A DNA stretch of 64,000 nt from an uncultured Bacteroidales bacterium (GTDB taxonomy: Bacteria; Bacteroidota; Bacteroidia; Bacteroidales; Muribaculaceae), in contig CACXLJ010000015.1 of the NCBI GenBank assembly GCA_902768435.1, positions 4,253-68,252 on the forward strand, given 5' to 3'. The position numbers and the translations under genes are program-made. The notes below the pieces were generated by a model. It worked only from the letters and a program-made list of their open reading frames with translations. It did no database searches and had not been told where the DNA came from. Shown piece after piece: positions 1 to 8,700 of this stretch (the stretch's first letter is position 1; the number at the start of each line of letters is the position of its first letter).

Positions 1-289
1 AATCATAAGCTGAGATAGGAAGCGGCAAATACCTTTCTTTCGCTTCATTATAAAAGACTGTATATGGCTCATAAAAGTTAGCTACATCAGACGTTACAAT
101 TGAATTAACGTGATGATTTGCACGAATGTATTCTATATTCCTCATTATACAATCCGCAACTTGACGCTTATCGCGCTCATAGATTTCTGGTGTAATTAAT
201 GGGCACTCAGGCTGCTTAATCTGCTTAGGCTTGCAGGAGAAAAGAGACAGCAAAAGAAGAACTATTATTGAAACAGATTGCATTCTCAT
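1..289 (-). CDS. Putative lipoprotein, 5' part only (runs off the window start)
   Basis: Not in the ORF track. Manual translation from ATG at 289 gives MRMQSVSIIVLLLLSLFSCKPKQ... (lipobox LFSC), open to position 1. TACCTTTG promoter-like site at 324-317. Confidence 0.7.
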   Translation of the reverse strand, partial: MRMQSVSIIVLLLLSLFSCKPKQIKQPECPLITPEIYERDKRQVADCIMRNIEYIRANHHVNSIVTSDVANFYEPYTVFYNEAKERYLPLPISAYD

Positions 290-316
290 TATCAATTGCT
301 ATTAGAATTTGTACGG

Positions 317-324
317 CAAAGGTA
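317..324 (-). promoter_or_regulatory. Bacteroidota sigma-A -7 promoter element (TAnnTTTG)
   Basis: TACCTTTG on the minus strand, 28 nt upstream of the ATG at 289. Confidence 0.6.
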
Positions 325-367
325 GCAAAATTCTTTGCTAAACACTTATTTTTCTCTTATTTTTCGG

Positions 368-403
368 TTACTTGTTATATTTCGGCGACTTGTTATTCAT
401 CAG
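368..403 (-). repeat. Cassette-boundary motif, copy A
   Basis: Minus strand CTGATGAATAACAAGTCGCCGAAATATAACAAGTAA; similar to copies at 2293-2331, 3198-3227 and 4393-4425. Confidence 0.6.
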
Positions 404-582
404 CAGTTTCGCATTCTCTTGTATAATCATCTGCGGTTGCGATTGGGCAAGTACCTGCGGTTCAGTTGTTGAGTGAGACGCATATTGTCCATTAATTGTG
501 AGTATCATAAAAAAAGCGATTGGTTATACAAAGGTAAACCAACCGCTTCATGCCTTAAAAGATGTAGCAGATAAATTGGAAT

Positions 583-1401
583 TTACTCTAAAGAATAGCC
601 TTTCACAACAATCATAGGACCGGCAGGGATTTTTTTCATCTTCCCTTTCACATTGTTGCGGGCATAGTAGCTTTTGAAGTTGACAGGGAAAGAGAGCCTA
701 CCTTTTCCCTTGATGTCAACAACGCTTATTGTGATACAATATTTGTTTTTCCCTTTAAGCACTATGAGTTCCTCTGGTCTGACATATATTTGTTTTCCAT
801 TGTCGGCAGGTGTGACACACTTGTAGATGGGTTTGTTTAGTACATTGACAAATTCTTTGTCTCGAACCTCGTAGCAGTTGAAACTCAACAAGCATTCCTC
901 ATACTCGCACTTATCGATACTTACAATGATGTCAGTCAGCAGATAGTCTTTCTTTTTCTTAAAGATTGGCCCCCACTCCAAGTCACCCTTGCTATCGCCT
1001 TCGAAAGCGGCCTTACCCACACTTATCCATGACTTACCAGACAACGTTTGCGGCTTGTTTTTTTTGCCGTCAACTATGACTTCTGCAAGTTCGACGGACT
1101 TGTCTCGTAGCGTTACGGTCAGTTCCCGTCCATCGGCGTAAGACGCATAGGGAATCGTCGCCGTCTGATAGGAAACGTGAGTAACAGTCAGTTCATCCTT
1201 GCGCCCTGAGGGTACCGTTAGCGTGAAATACCCCTCTGCATCAGAGATAACGCCAACGCTATCTTCCTCGATGCCAATGCTGACGTACCCCACACCGGCA
1301 CCTTGCTCGTTGATGACGTGGCCTTTGACTATGGTCTGTGTTTGCGCTGCAATTCCAACAAATGCAAGTAGAACGATGGTAATAATCATCTTCATGTTCA
1401 T
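583..1401 (-). CDS. Secreted protein with N-terminal carboxypeptidase-regulatory-like (CarbopepD_reg_2) domain
   Basis: Signal peptide, then the typical 'VKGHVINEQGAGVGYVSIGI...GVISDAEGYFTL...VTHVSYQT...LAEVIV' pattern. Confidence 0.75.
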   Translation of the reverse strand: MNMKMIITIVLLAFVGIAAQTQTIVKGHVINEQGAGVGYVSIGIEEDSVGVISDAEGYFTLTVPSGRKDELTVTHVSYQTATIPYASYADGRELTVTLRDKSVELAEVIVDGKKNKPQTLSGKSWISVGKAAFEGDSKGDLEWGPIFKKKKDYLLTDIIVSIDKCEYEECLLSFNCYEVRDKEFVNVLNKPIYKCVTPADNGKQIYVRPEELIVLKGKNKYCITISVVDIKGKGRLSFPVNFKSYYARNNVKGKMKKIPAGPMIVVKGYSLE

Positions 1402-1443
1402 TACATTTTTTGTTTTAGCAAAAAACGATAATATGACTATGTT

Positions 1444-1725
1444 TCACACCGTTGCCGCTTCGTGATATACTTGAAGCACAGGAGCTTGCAATGCTTCTTC
1501 GATAGCAACAACCGTGTCAATCGTGAAATTGTGAGTCCCACGCATCCATTTACTTATCTCAGCCTCGCTCTTGCCAAGCATGAGCGCGAGATCTTTTTGC
1601 CGCAGGTTACGCTCCACAAGAATCTGATGAATGCGGTCAACAATCTGAAATGAAAGGCTTACGCGTTCTCTCACTTCGGGGCTGACCTGTCGGCGGCGTT
1701 CCTCAATTATCTTACTCCGTTTCAT
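1444..1725 (-). CDS. XRE/Cro-family HTH protein, probable antitoxin (HigA-like)
   Basis: 'LRQKDLALMLGKSEAEISKWMRGTHNFTIDTVVAIEEAL' HTH; overlaps the upstream gene by 14 nt. Confidence 0.8.
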   Translation of the reverse strand: MKRSKIIEERRRQVSPEVRERVSLSFQIVDRIHQILVERNLRQKDLALMLGKSEAEISKWMRGTHNFTIDTVVAIEEALQAPVLQVYHEAATV

Positions 1726-2200
1726 CTCTGCTAAAGTTTAAGTTTCCAACAATTTCTTTATCTACCAAAACTATTGTGCCGTCTTTAATCCTTGATGAAA
1801 TAAAGCGGCTTGTATCAATCAATAGTTTGACGTATGGTGCAAGTTGCTCGCTTTCTTCCCATGTTGGTGCATCTTTAACTCCACCGTTGCCAAAGACCAA
1901 AATTTTATCTGACAATCGCAGGCAATAAAGCCGCACTTTGTTGCCAATGTCAATCGGTATCACGCCCACGCCGTCGCCATAGCGGCCTTCGGGACGGAAA
2001 TAGCGTTCAAGCGCACCTCGCTCGGCAATATTGTCGAGCCAAGATATGACGACATCGATATCCTCGTCATATTCACTACCAGTTGGGAATTTCTCAAAGA
2101 AACGCTCTAATTCAGAGAGTTCTTCCCCATCCAAATGGATGCTGTAGAAATTCACATTGGAATATTCTTCAACCAAATCTATGTAATAACGTTGTTTCAT
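1712..2200 (-). CDS. Probable RelE/HigB-like toxin
   Basis: 162 aa with a 'RLYCLRLSDKILVFGNGGVK' RelE/Gp49-like C-terminal pattern; toxin-first order coupled to an HTH gene. Confidence 0.55.
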   Translation of the reverse strand: MKQRYYIDLVEEYSNVNFYSIHLDGEELSELERFFEKFPTGSEYDEDIDVVISWLDNIAERGALERYFRPEGRYGDGVGVIPIDIGNKVRLYCLRLSDKILVFGNGGVKDAPTWEESEQLAPYVKLLIDTSRFISSRIKDGTIVLVDKEIVGNLNFSRDETE

Positions 2201-2225
2201 TCTTAACTTTTAAGTTATCTTGCCG

Positions 2226-2257
2226 CAAAGGTAAGTCAAAGAATTCAATGCGCCAAA
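2226..2257 (-). promoter_or_regulatory. Bacteroidota promoter (-33 TTTG / -7 TACCTTTG)
   Basis: TTTG at 2257-2254 and TACCTTTG at 2233-2226, 20-nt spacer, upstream of the 2200 ATG. Confidence 0.65.
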
Positions 2258-2292
2258 TAAATTAACTTAAAAATTAAGTTTTGTTGCAATTT

Positions 2293-2331
2293 TTATTTTC
2301 TCTTGGATTTTGGACTTTTATTATTCATCAG
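2293..2331 (-). repeat. Cassette-boundary motif, copy B
   Basis: Minus strand CTGATGAATAATAAAAGTCCAAAATCCAAGAGAAAATAA; a partial extra copy CTCATGAACAACAG lies just upstream (2365-2352). Confidence 0.6.
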
Positions 2332-2434
2332 CCTTTGGTAATCGTCCTGCGCTGTTGTTCATGAGTTTTATAACTTTGGTATAAGTTCCTCAACCGCTTG
2401 ATGATGTATAAGATGGGGAGTGAAAGATTGGAGT

Positions 2435-3130
2435 TTACTTGTCTGTTCCTGCACCAGCGCTTTTGTCTTTGGCTGGTTTGTCAACAAAGTACCATATGGC
2501 AATCCAAAAGACGATGACACAGATGAAGGCCACAAGGAAAGTGGTGTCGGCGAGTCGTCCGCGCTTGGCAAAGTTCACGATGCCATGAAATGCAGCACAG
2601 AACAGCAGCGAGTGCGTATCTGTCGCGACCTTTCCAATTCCCCATGAGGCAAATAGCAAAATCAAGAAGAACGGCAAGATGTTGCGCGAATCCAAATCTA
2701 AATGCCAGAGGAACCACATCACCGTGATAATGAGGACATATTGCCACACGGGCAATCCTTTGAGTTCGTTCTGTAAAAATCCTCGCCAACCATACTCCTC
2801 TAAAAGTCCATACACGAATGCCATGAAGCAAATTATAGCTGTATCTAATCCACCGATTATGCCAAAAACGAGGCAAGGCACTGCTATTGTTGCAATGGAT
2901 TTCCAAACAGACTTGCCTGCGATGGTATATTCGGTCTTGCGCTTGAAAATAGCCATAGCAACAAGTGCTCCAATGATAGGTCCGAGCCCCGTGGAAAGCT
3001 CCAGTGCATAGTTCACCCCATGTGACGGGTATATGTTGCCGAGAATTATTGTTGTCAGGCGCAGAGCTAAGGCTATTATATAAAAAGTGGCTATAGCGCC
3101 AATATGAATGTTCTTATAAACAAATTTCAT
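2435..3130 (-). CDS. CPBP (CAAX protease / Abi family) intramembrane glutamic endopeptidase
   Basis: Polytopic, with EEYGWRG, WFLWH and H-x3-N (FHGIVN) motifs. Confidence 0.85.
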   Translation of the reverse strand: MKFVYKNIHIGAIATFYIIALALRLTTIILGNIYPSHGVNYALELSTGLGPIIGALVAMAIFKRKTEYTIAGKSVWKSIATIAVPCLVFGIIGGLDTAIICFMAFVYGLLEEYGWRGFLQNELKGLPVWQYVLIITVMWFLWHLDLDSRNILPFFLILLFASWGIGKVATDTHSLLFCAAFHGIVNFAKRGRLADTTFLVAFICVIVFWIAIWYFVDKPAKDKSAGAGTDK

Positions 3131-3197
3131 CCTTGTATTCTCAAATCGATTTACCGTTCTGATTTGACTGCAAAGTTAGGCATTTTTCTCTATCCTT

Positions 3198-3227
3198 GTT
3201 TGTTCTTGGGGGATATTTATTCATCAA
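3198..3227 (-). repeat. Cassette-boundary motif, copy C (overlaps the YhcG stop codon)
   Basis: Minus strand TTGATGAATAAATATCCCCCAAGAACAAAC; TAACTTTG promoter element at 3178-3171 follows it. Confidence 0.5.
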
Positions 3228-4338
3228 CAGCTGCTTGTTCTATGTCTTCAATTTGCGGTAACGTTGATGCAACATCGGCAAACAGTTTTTGAGTCTCGTA
3301 TTCTGCGATTCCTAATGGTTGTGTTACGCCTCGCAGGGCAAAACTTGCTTTAGTGTCGCTCTTGGAGCGGCAAAGCAGCAGACCAATTGTTGGCTTATCT
3401 TCTGGAGTTTTCACATATTCGTCCACTGCCGAGATATAGAAGTTCAGTTTGCTTACAAACTCTGGGATAAATTCAACCGCTTTCAGTTCTACCACCACAT
3501 AACAATGGAGTTTAAGATGATACATCAAAATGTCAATGTAGTAGTCGTCGCCATCCACGCTGACATGATATTGCCTACCGACAAAAGAAAAGCCTTTACC
3601 CATTTCAAGCAGAAATTCGGTGACGCGTGCAGCAAGCCCTTTCTCAATATCCAACTCGTTTTGAAGGGCGATGGTACCCAAGAAACTGAAATTATATGGA
3701 TCTTTGAAGGAGTATTTTGCCAAATCTGACTGTGGCGATGGCAATGTCAGGTCAAAATTGTTGATTGAGGCCCCTTTCGCTGAAAGATAGTTATTTGCGA
3801 CTTGCATCAACATCACATCGCGACTCCAGCCTTCATGAGCCGTTGCCATAATGTACAATGCTCTTTCTGCCAAGTTCTTCACTTTGGGGATAAGCGAGAT
3901 GTGGTGATACCATGTGATTTGTGCAAGCGGTACTTGCACAAAGTCTTTCCCTCCTTCTTGCAATTTGGCAAGCGGAACTTGCCAAATTGGGTATTCCTGT
4001 AATTGTGCAAGTGACACTTGCACAAATGGAAAATCGGGGTATGCCTCAGCAAACATTCTCATATATTTGAGGTTACGCACAGAAAAGCCCCTGTCGTCAG
4101 GGAACTTGCGCGACAAGTCGGAAGATAGTCGGTCAATTACTTGCGCACCCCAACCCAACTTCTGCTGCTTTTCTAAGATGTCGTTACCGATTGACCAATA
4201 AAGAGATAAGAGCTCAGAATTGACTTTTAGAATAGCTTGAAGTTTAGCCATTTCAATTCTCGACTCTATAGCTTTTCGCCATGCTTCATAACCATCAGGA
4301 AGCATGTCAGTGGTATCTGGTAAAATAATGTCTGACAT
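3217..4338 (-). CDS. YhcG / DUF1016 family PD-(D/E)XK nuclease
   Basis: N-terminal 'LYWSIGNDIL...WGAQVIDRLSSDL...GFSVRNLKYMRMF' and C-terminal 'FLLEMGKGFSFVGRQ...YIDILMYHLKLHCYVVVELK'. Start moved to ATG 4338 because a TACTTTTG promoter element lies at 4374-4367. Confidence 0.9.
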   Translation of the reverse strand: MSDIILPDTTDMLPDGYEAWRKAIESRIEMAKLQAILKVNSELLSLYWSIGNDILEKQQKLGWGAQVIDRLSSDLSRKFPDDRGFSVRNLKYMRMFAEAYPDFPFVQVSLAQLQEYPIWQVPLAKLQEGGKDFVQVPLAQITWYHHISLIPKVKNLAERALYIMATAHEGWSRDVMLMQVANNYLSAKGASINNFDLTLPSPQSDLAKYSFKDPYNFSFLGTIALQNELDIEKGLAARVTEFLLEMGKGFSFVGRQYHVSVDGDDYYIDILMYHLKLHCYVVVELKAVEFIPEFVSKLNFYISAVDEYVKTPEDKPTIGLLLCRSKSDTKASFALRGVTQPLGIAEYETQKLFADVASTLPQIEDIEQAAVDE

Positions 4339-4392
4339 ATAATGATAATTTGCTATATTAATGCCACAAAAGTACACATTATTTTGCTAACA

Positions 4393-4425
4393 ACGCTTGT
4401 TCTTGGGCTATTTGTTGTTCATCAG
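4393..4425 (-). repeat. Cassette-boundary motif, copy D
   Basis: Minus strand CTGATGAACAACAAATAGCCCAAGAACAAGCGT. Confidence 0.6.
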
Positions 4426-4453
4426 ACGCTAGATGCTGTAAAGGACGATACAT

Positions 4454-4867
4454 TTACTTGTCAAACAAGAGTAAGATAACTCCAGCCTTCCAAATGTTTT
4501 CTCCACTGCCGTAGCCTACCACATCATAATGCTTGTCTTTGACTTCTCCAGTCGTTATATTTACATAACCCACAGTGTTATAATGGTTGTCTTCGACCTG
4601 ATATGTGATCTCGGTTTGCTTCTTGATTGAGCCAGCACCATATCCATGTGTGTCAGTTACTTTCCCGTCTGAAAACACATTGCCAACCATATCGTAATAC
4701 TTATCCTTGACAGTACCACCCGCATAGGCATAACCAATGGTAGTATGCCACTTGTCCATCAGTGTCGTTTCCACTGGAAGCGACACATAATTATCCTCGT
4801 CAAAATCATCACAACTGACCAAGACAATCATCATGCAGATAATATGTAGAATAGCTTTTATTCTCAT
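4454..4867 (-). CDS. Hypothetical lipoprotein with short internal repeats
   Basis: Lipobox LVSC followed by acidic residues; repeated 'KDKYY/HYD.VG' segments. Confidence 0.7.
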   Translation of the reverse strand: MRIKAILHIICMMIVLVSCDDFDEDNYVSLPVETTLMDKWHTTIGYAYAGGTVKDKYYDMVGNVFSDGKVTDTHGYGAGSIKKQTEITYQVEDNHYNTVGYVNITTGEVKDKHYDVVGYGSGENIWKAGVILLLFDK

Positions 4868-4906
4868 ATTGTCAGTTCATTGGAACAAAGTCCATGTCGA
4901 GCCCTC

Positions 4907-5389
4907 TTATTTGGGGCTGAGTGTGGCGAGCATGTTGACCAGGATGTCGAGGGCATCGTTAGCCCGCTCAAACGGGCAGTTTATTGTGCCACTGAAACAT
5001 TCGGGCTCCTTTGAAATCATGATAAACCACACCGTCACGGTCTGTGTGCCATCGTTCTGGTCGGTGGCGATAGAGCGCACGAGGGCATAGTCGTCCTTGA
5101 CGAGTTTCTGGTCGACCTTGTTTCCGTTGCTTTCTTTCATGTACACCCAGTTGTCAACACATTCCTGTAGCTCCGTCTTCTTGGGGCCAATTTCGTTGTA
5201 ACTGACGTCGAAGGTGATAACTTCGTCGGCCGAGGCCAGGTTTACGAATGTTTCGCTGTCCCAGGTCACTTCCCAGTCGGCAGGATAATCAATCTTGAAA
5301 GCTTTGTTCTCATAGGTCTTGACATTTTGTGCGCTAGTTGCCAGACTCCATGTCAGCAATATCATGACGAGCAAAGATGATTTCTTCAT
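4907..5389 (-). CDS. Secreted hypothetical protein, PsbP/DcrB-like
   Basis: Signal peptide MKKSSLL...SAQN (ATG 5389 preferred over 5527); 'YENKAFKIDYPADWEV' start typical of PsbP-like folds. Confidence 0.55.
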   Translation of the reverse strand: MKKSSLLVMILLTWSLATSAQNVKTYENKAFKIDYPADWEVTWDSETFVNLASADEVITFDVSYNEIGPKKTELQECVDNWVYMKESNGNKVDQKLVKDDYALVRSIATDQNDGTQTVTVWFIMISKEPECFSGTINCPFERANDALDILVNMLATLSPK

Positions 5390-5704
5390 AAACGATGCAT
5401 TTAGTAGGTTTGTGTAGAATTGAATTACAAAGTTACTTGTAATTATGAAACGAAACCCAATAACAGCCATAAAAACTCCATTTTTGCCAAAAAAAGAAAT
5501 ACAACTTGCATACCGACCCAAGCACAAGTGGAGGTGAATTAATTTTTTTCAAGAAATTTGCCACTTTCATGCTTATTTCGCAAAAAATATGTTACCTTTG
5601 TGGACATCAAGACTACATATTGCTTTTAAGCGGCAATAGAGCCGAGAGTTTACTACACAACCAATAAAACGACTATTGAACAATAAACCATAAAACCAAT
5701 AATC

Positions 5705-8700
5705 ATGTACAAAATTGAAAACCATCCCATTATTGATCTTCCTAAAGAAGAATATGTGGAATTCAAGTTTGAAGGGAGGACCGTGCGCGGTCAGAAAGGC
5801 AAAACCATAGCAGCCGCCCTTCATCAGGCAGGACTCATAGTGCACAGCCACAGTACCACAGGCCGCAATCGCTCGCTGGAGTGCGGCATTGGCAAGTGCG
5901 GAGCCTGCGAAATGCTTGTCGACGGACAGGTGCGCCGCATTTGCATCACGAGCGTTGACGGCGTGAAAGAGGTGCGCGAGATACCGAAGGACTATTTGCC
6001 CGAGGGCAAGGCTCGTGCAGCCAGTGAAACCAAGATTTACAAGACTACGGTTGCCATCATAGGCGGCGGCCCTGCCGGACTGGCGTGCCGCGAACAGCTC
6101 ACCGCACTGGGAATCCCCAACATAGTGGTTGACAACAACGCCACCGAGGGCGGCCAATTCAATATGCAGACCCACCAGTTCTTCTTCTTCGAGAAGGAGC
6201 AGAAGTTTGGCGGCATGCGCGGTTTTGACATTGCCAAAACACTTGCTGGCGACAACCACGACGGCATCTTGCTCAACAACACCGTGTGGGACCTGCTCGA
6301 AGGCCGTCGCATAGCGCTGAAGAACATCGTTACCCAGGAGGTGAGCTACATCGATGCCGACCATCTGGTGGTAGCCACAGGTGCCGTGCCGTTCATGCCT
6401 GTGTTTGAGAACGACGATGTGCCGGGCGTTTACACCGCTGCCGTGTTCCAGAAGATGATGAACCAGGAGCACACCCTGCTGGGTAAGCGCGTGCTCACTG
6501 TGGGTGCTGGCAACATCGGTTACCTCACCAGCTATCAGGCCATGCAGGCGGGCGCAACCATCAAGGCCATTATCGAGGGCATGGACCACGAGGGCGGCTT
6601 CCCGGTTCAGGCTAACCGCGTACGCCGATTGGGTATCCCCATCATGACCTCGCATGTGCTCATTCGCGCCATTCCCAACGACGACTATACCGGTGTGACT
6701 GGTGCCGTGATTGCCGAGTGCAAGAACTTCCAGCCCATACCCGGCACCGAGCGTGTGATTGACGACATCGACATCATCAACATCTGCACGGGTCTGATTC
6801 CCGACAACCAGCTGCTCGTGAAGGGCCGCTCGGTATTTGGACGCAATGTGTATGGCGCCGGCGATGCCGTTCGCATTGGCGAGGGCACCAGTGCCGTGCT
6901 TCGTGGCAAGCAGGTGGCCTATGAGGTGGCTCAGGAATTGGGCATCCGTTTCCCCTATGAAGATTATCTCGAGGTATCGCGTCAGTATATCGACTCGCAG
7001 CAGCGTCCCGTGCGTCTGCTCGACAAGCCACGCATCCCCAGTGAGGAGCGCATGGCACTGAAACCCTATGTGAAGATCAACTGCCTGTATGGGTTTGCCT
7101 GCAATCCGTGTACATTCTCGTGTCCGCAGGGTGCCATCAGTAAGCCCACCACATCGTCGGTGCCTATGGTCGACTACGATAAGTGCATCGGCTGCATGCA
7201 GTGCGTGAACCACTGCCCGGGTCTGGCCATCTTTGGTTACGACAAACGCAAGAATGTGGTGTTCCTGCCTGTAGAATATGAAGTGGAAGAGGGCAAAGAA
7301 GTGTTCCTGGTCGATGACAACGGCGCCAAAGTGGGCGAGGGCGTTATCGAGAAAGTGCTCAAGAAAGACAACAAGACCAATGTGGCTCGCGTCAAGGTGG
7401 ACCAGGTGGATGAATTAAACCAAGTGAACGGCTTTATCCTCAAGGAGCGCTATCCCGAGCCGCTGAACCTGCGTCCGCTCACCAACCCCGAGGAAGGCAA
7501 ATCGTTTGTGTGCCACTGCGAGGATGTGGATGTGAAGACGCTGTTGGCAGTGATTGGCGACCGCAAGTATATCTCGGTCGACGAACTCAAGCACACTACC
7601 CGCATGGGTATGGGTCCCTGCCGTGGCAAGCGCTGTGTGTCGCGCGCCAAACAAATCCTTCGTGCTCACGGCATTGAGGTGACCGGCGACAGCACTCCGC
7701 GTGCCCCGCTTGCCAACCAGGTGACTCTGGGCGATGTGTATAATGGCGAGTCGAAGGAAACCTTCGTGTTCGAACATGGCTCGGTGATCGAGAAAGCCGA
7801 GACCGAAATCATTGTGGCTGGCGGTGGTATGGCCGGCAGCGCGGCATTCCGCTACTTTGCTGAAGCTGGCAAGCGCGTTGTCCTGGTCAACTATGACCGC
7901 GGTTCGACATGGCGCTGCATTGGCGGCGGTCGCCCGGCATTCTCCAACCCCGACATCAGCGACATTGCCATGCACAACCTGGAAATCTTCCGCGACGACC
8001 AGCAGCATTGCAACATCGACCTGAAGATGACCCGCTATGTGAACCTTGTGCACGACGATGCTACCTATCGCTCACTCGATGCTTCACGCGCCTGGAGCGA
8101 GGCCTATATGATCGACCGCAAGGACTTCACCAAGAAGATTTCGCCTTATTGGAATCCTAATGATAACATCTATAGCCACGCACTGATTTCAGAAAATTGC
8201 TGGCAGGCTACACCGGGCCGCACCATCGACTATGTGCGCACGGTGGGCAAGCAGCATGGCGGCGAGGTGCTCGAGGACTGCGAGGTGCTGCATGTGGAGC
8301 GCGTGGGCGCCAAGTATCGCGTGCTGGTGCGCCGTCACGACAAGCACTATGTGGAATACACCTGCGACCACTTTGTGAACGCCATGGGGTGGGGCTCAGA
8401 GAAATTTGCCGACATGCTCGGCATCGACACCCAACTCTATCCTGTGAAGCACCAGGCCTTCATCACCCGCCGACTGCCCAACATGGGTGTGAACGGTGAC
8501 TCGCTCGACATGATTATCGACCGCCGTCACTATAAGGGATTCAATGCCGTGTACGGACAGCAGTTCCTGCACACTGGTCAAATCATTGGCTGCGCGTCGC
8601 CCGACTGCGATGCCTATGAAGCACGCCAGAACCTGAAGTACAACAGTCAGGCATTCCTCAAGATTGTGAGCGAGATGTTTGCTCAGTGGATACCAAACTT

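Noticed and set aside
290-4430. Classical integron attC array or CRISPR for the TGATGAA motif
   Set aside because: No GTTRRRY/RYYYAAC palindromic boxes, and spacing is 0.9-1.9 kb with whole genes. Kept instead as a non-canonical array finding.
5573-7213. 546-aa minus-strand ORF (and similar long antisense ORFs at 17396-18937, 38331-39950, 42173-43690, 30285-31010, 50665-51531)
   Set aside because: They lie opposite well-supported genes, are rich in H/V/A/G/Q with no family motifs, and are the expected shadow of GC-biased codon usage.
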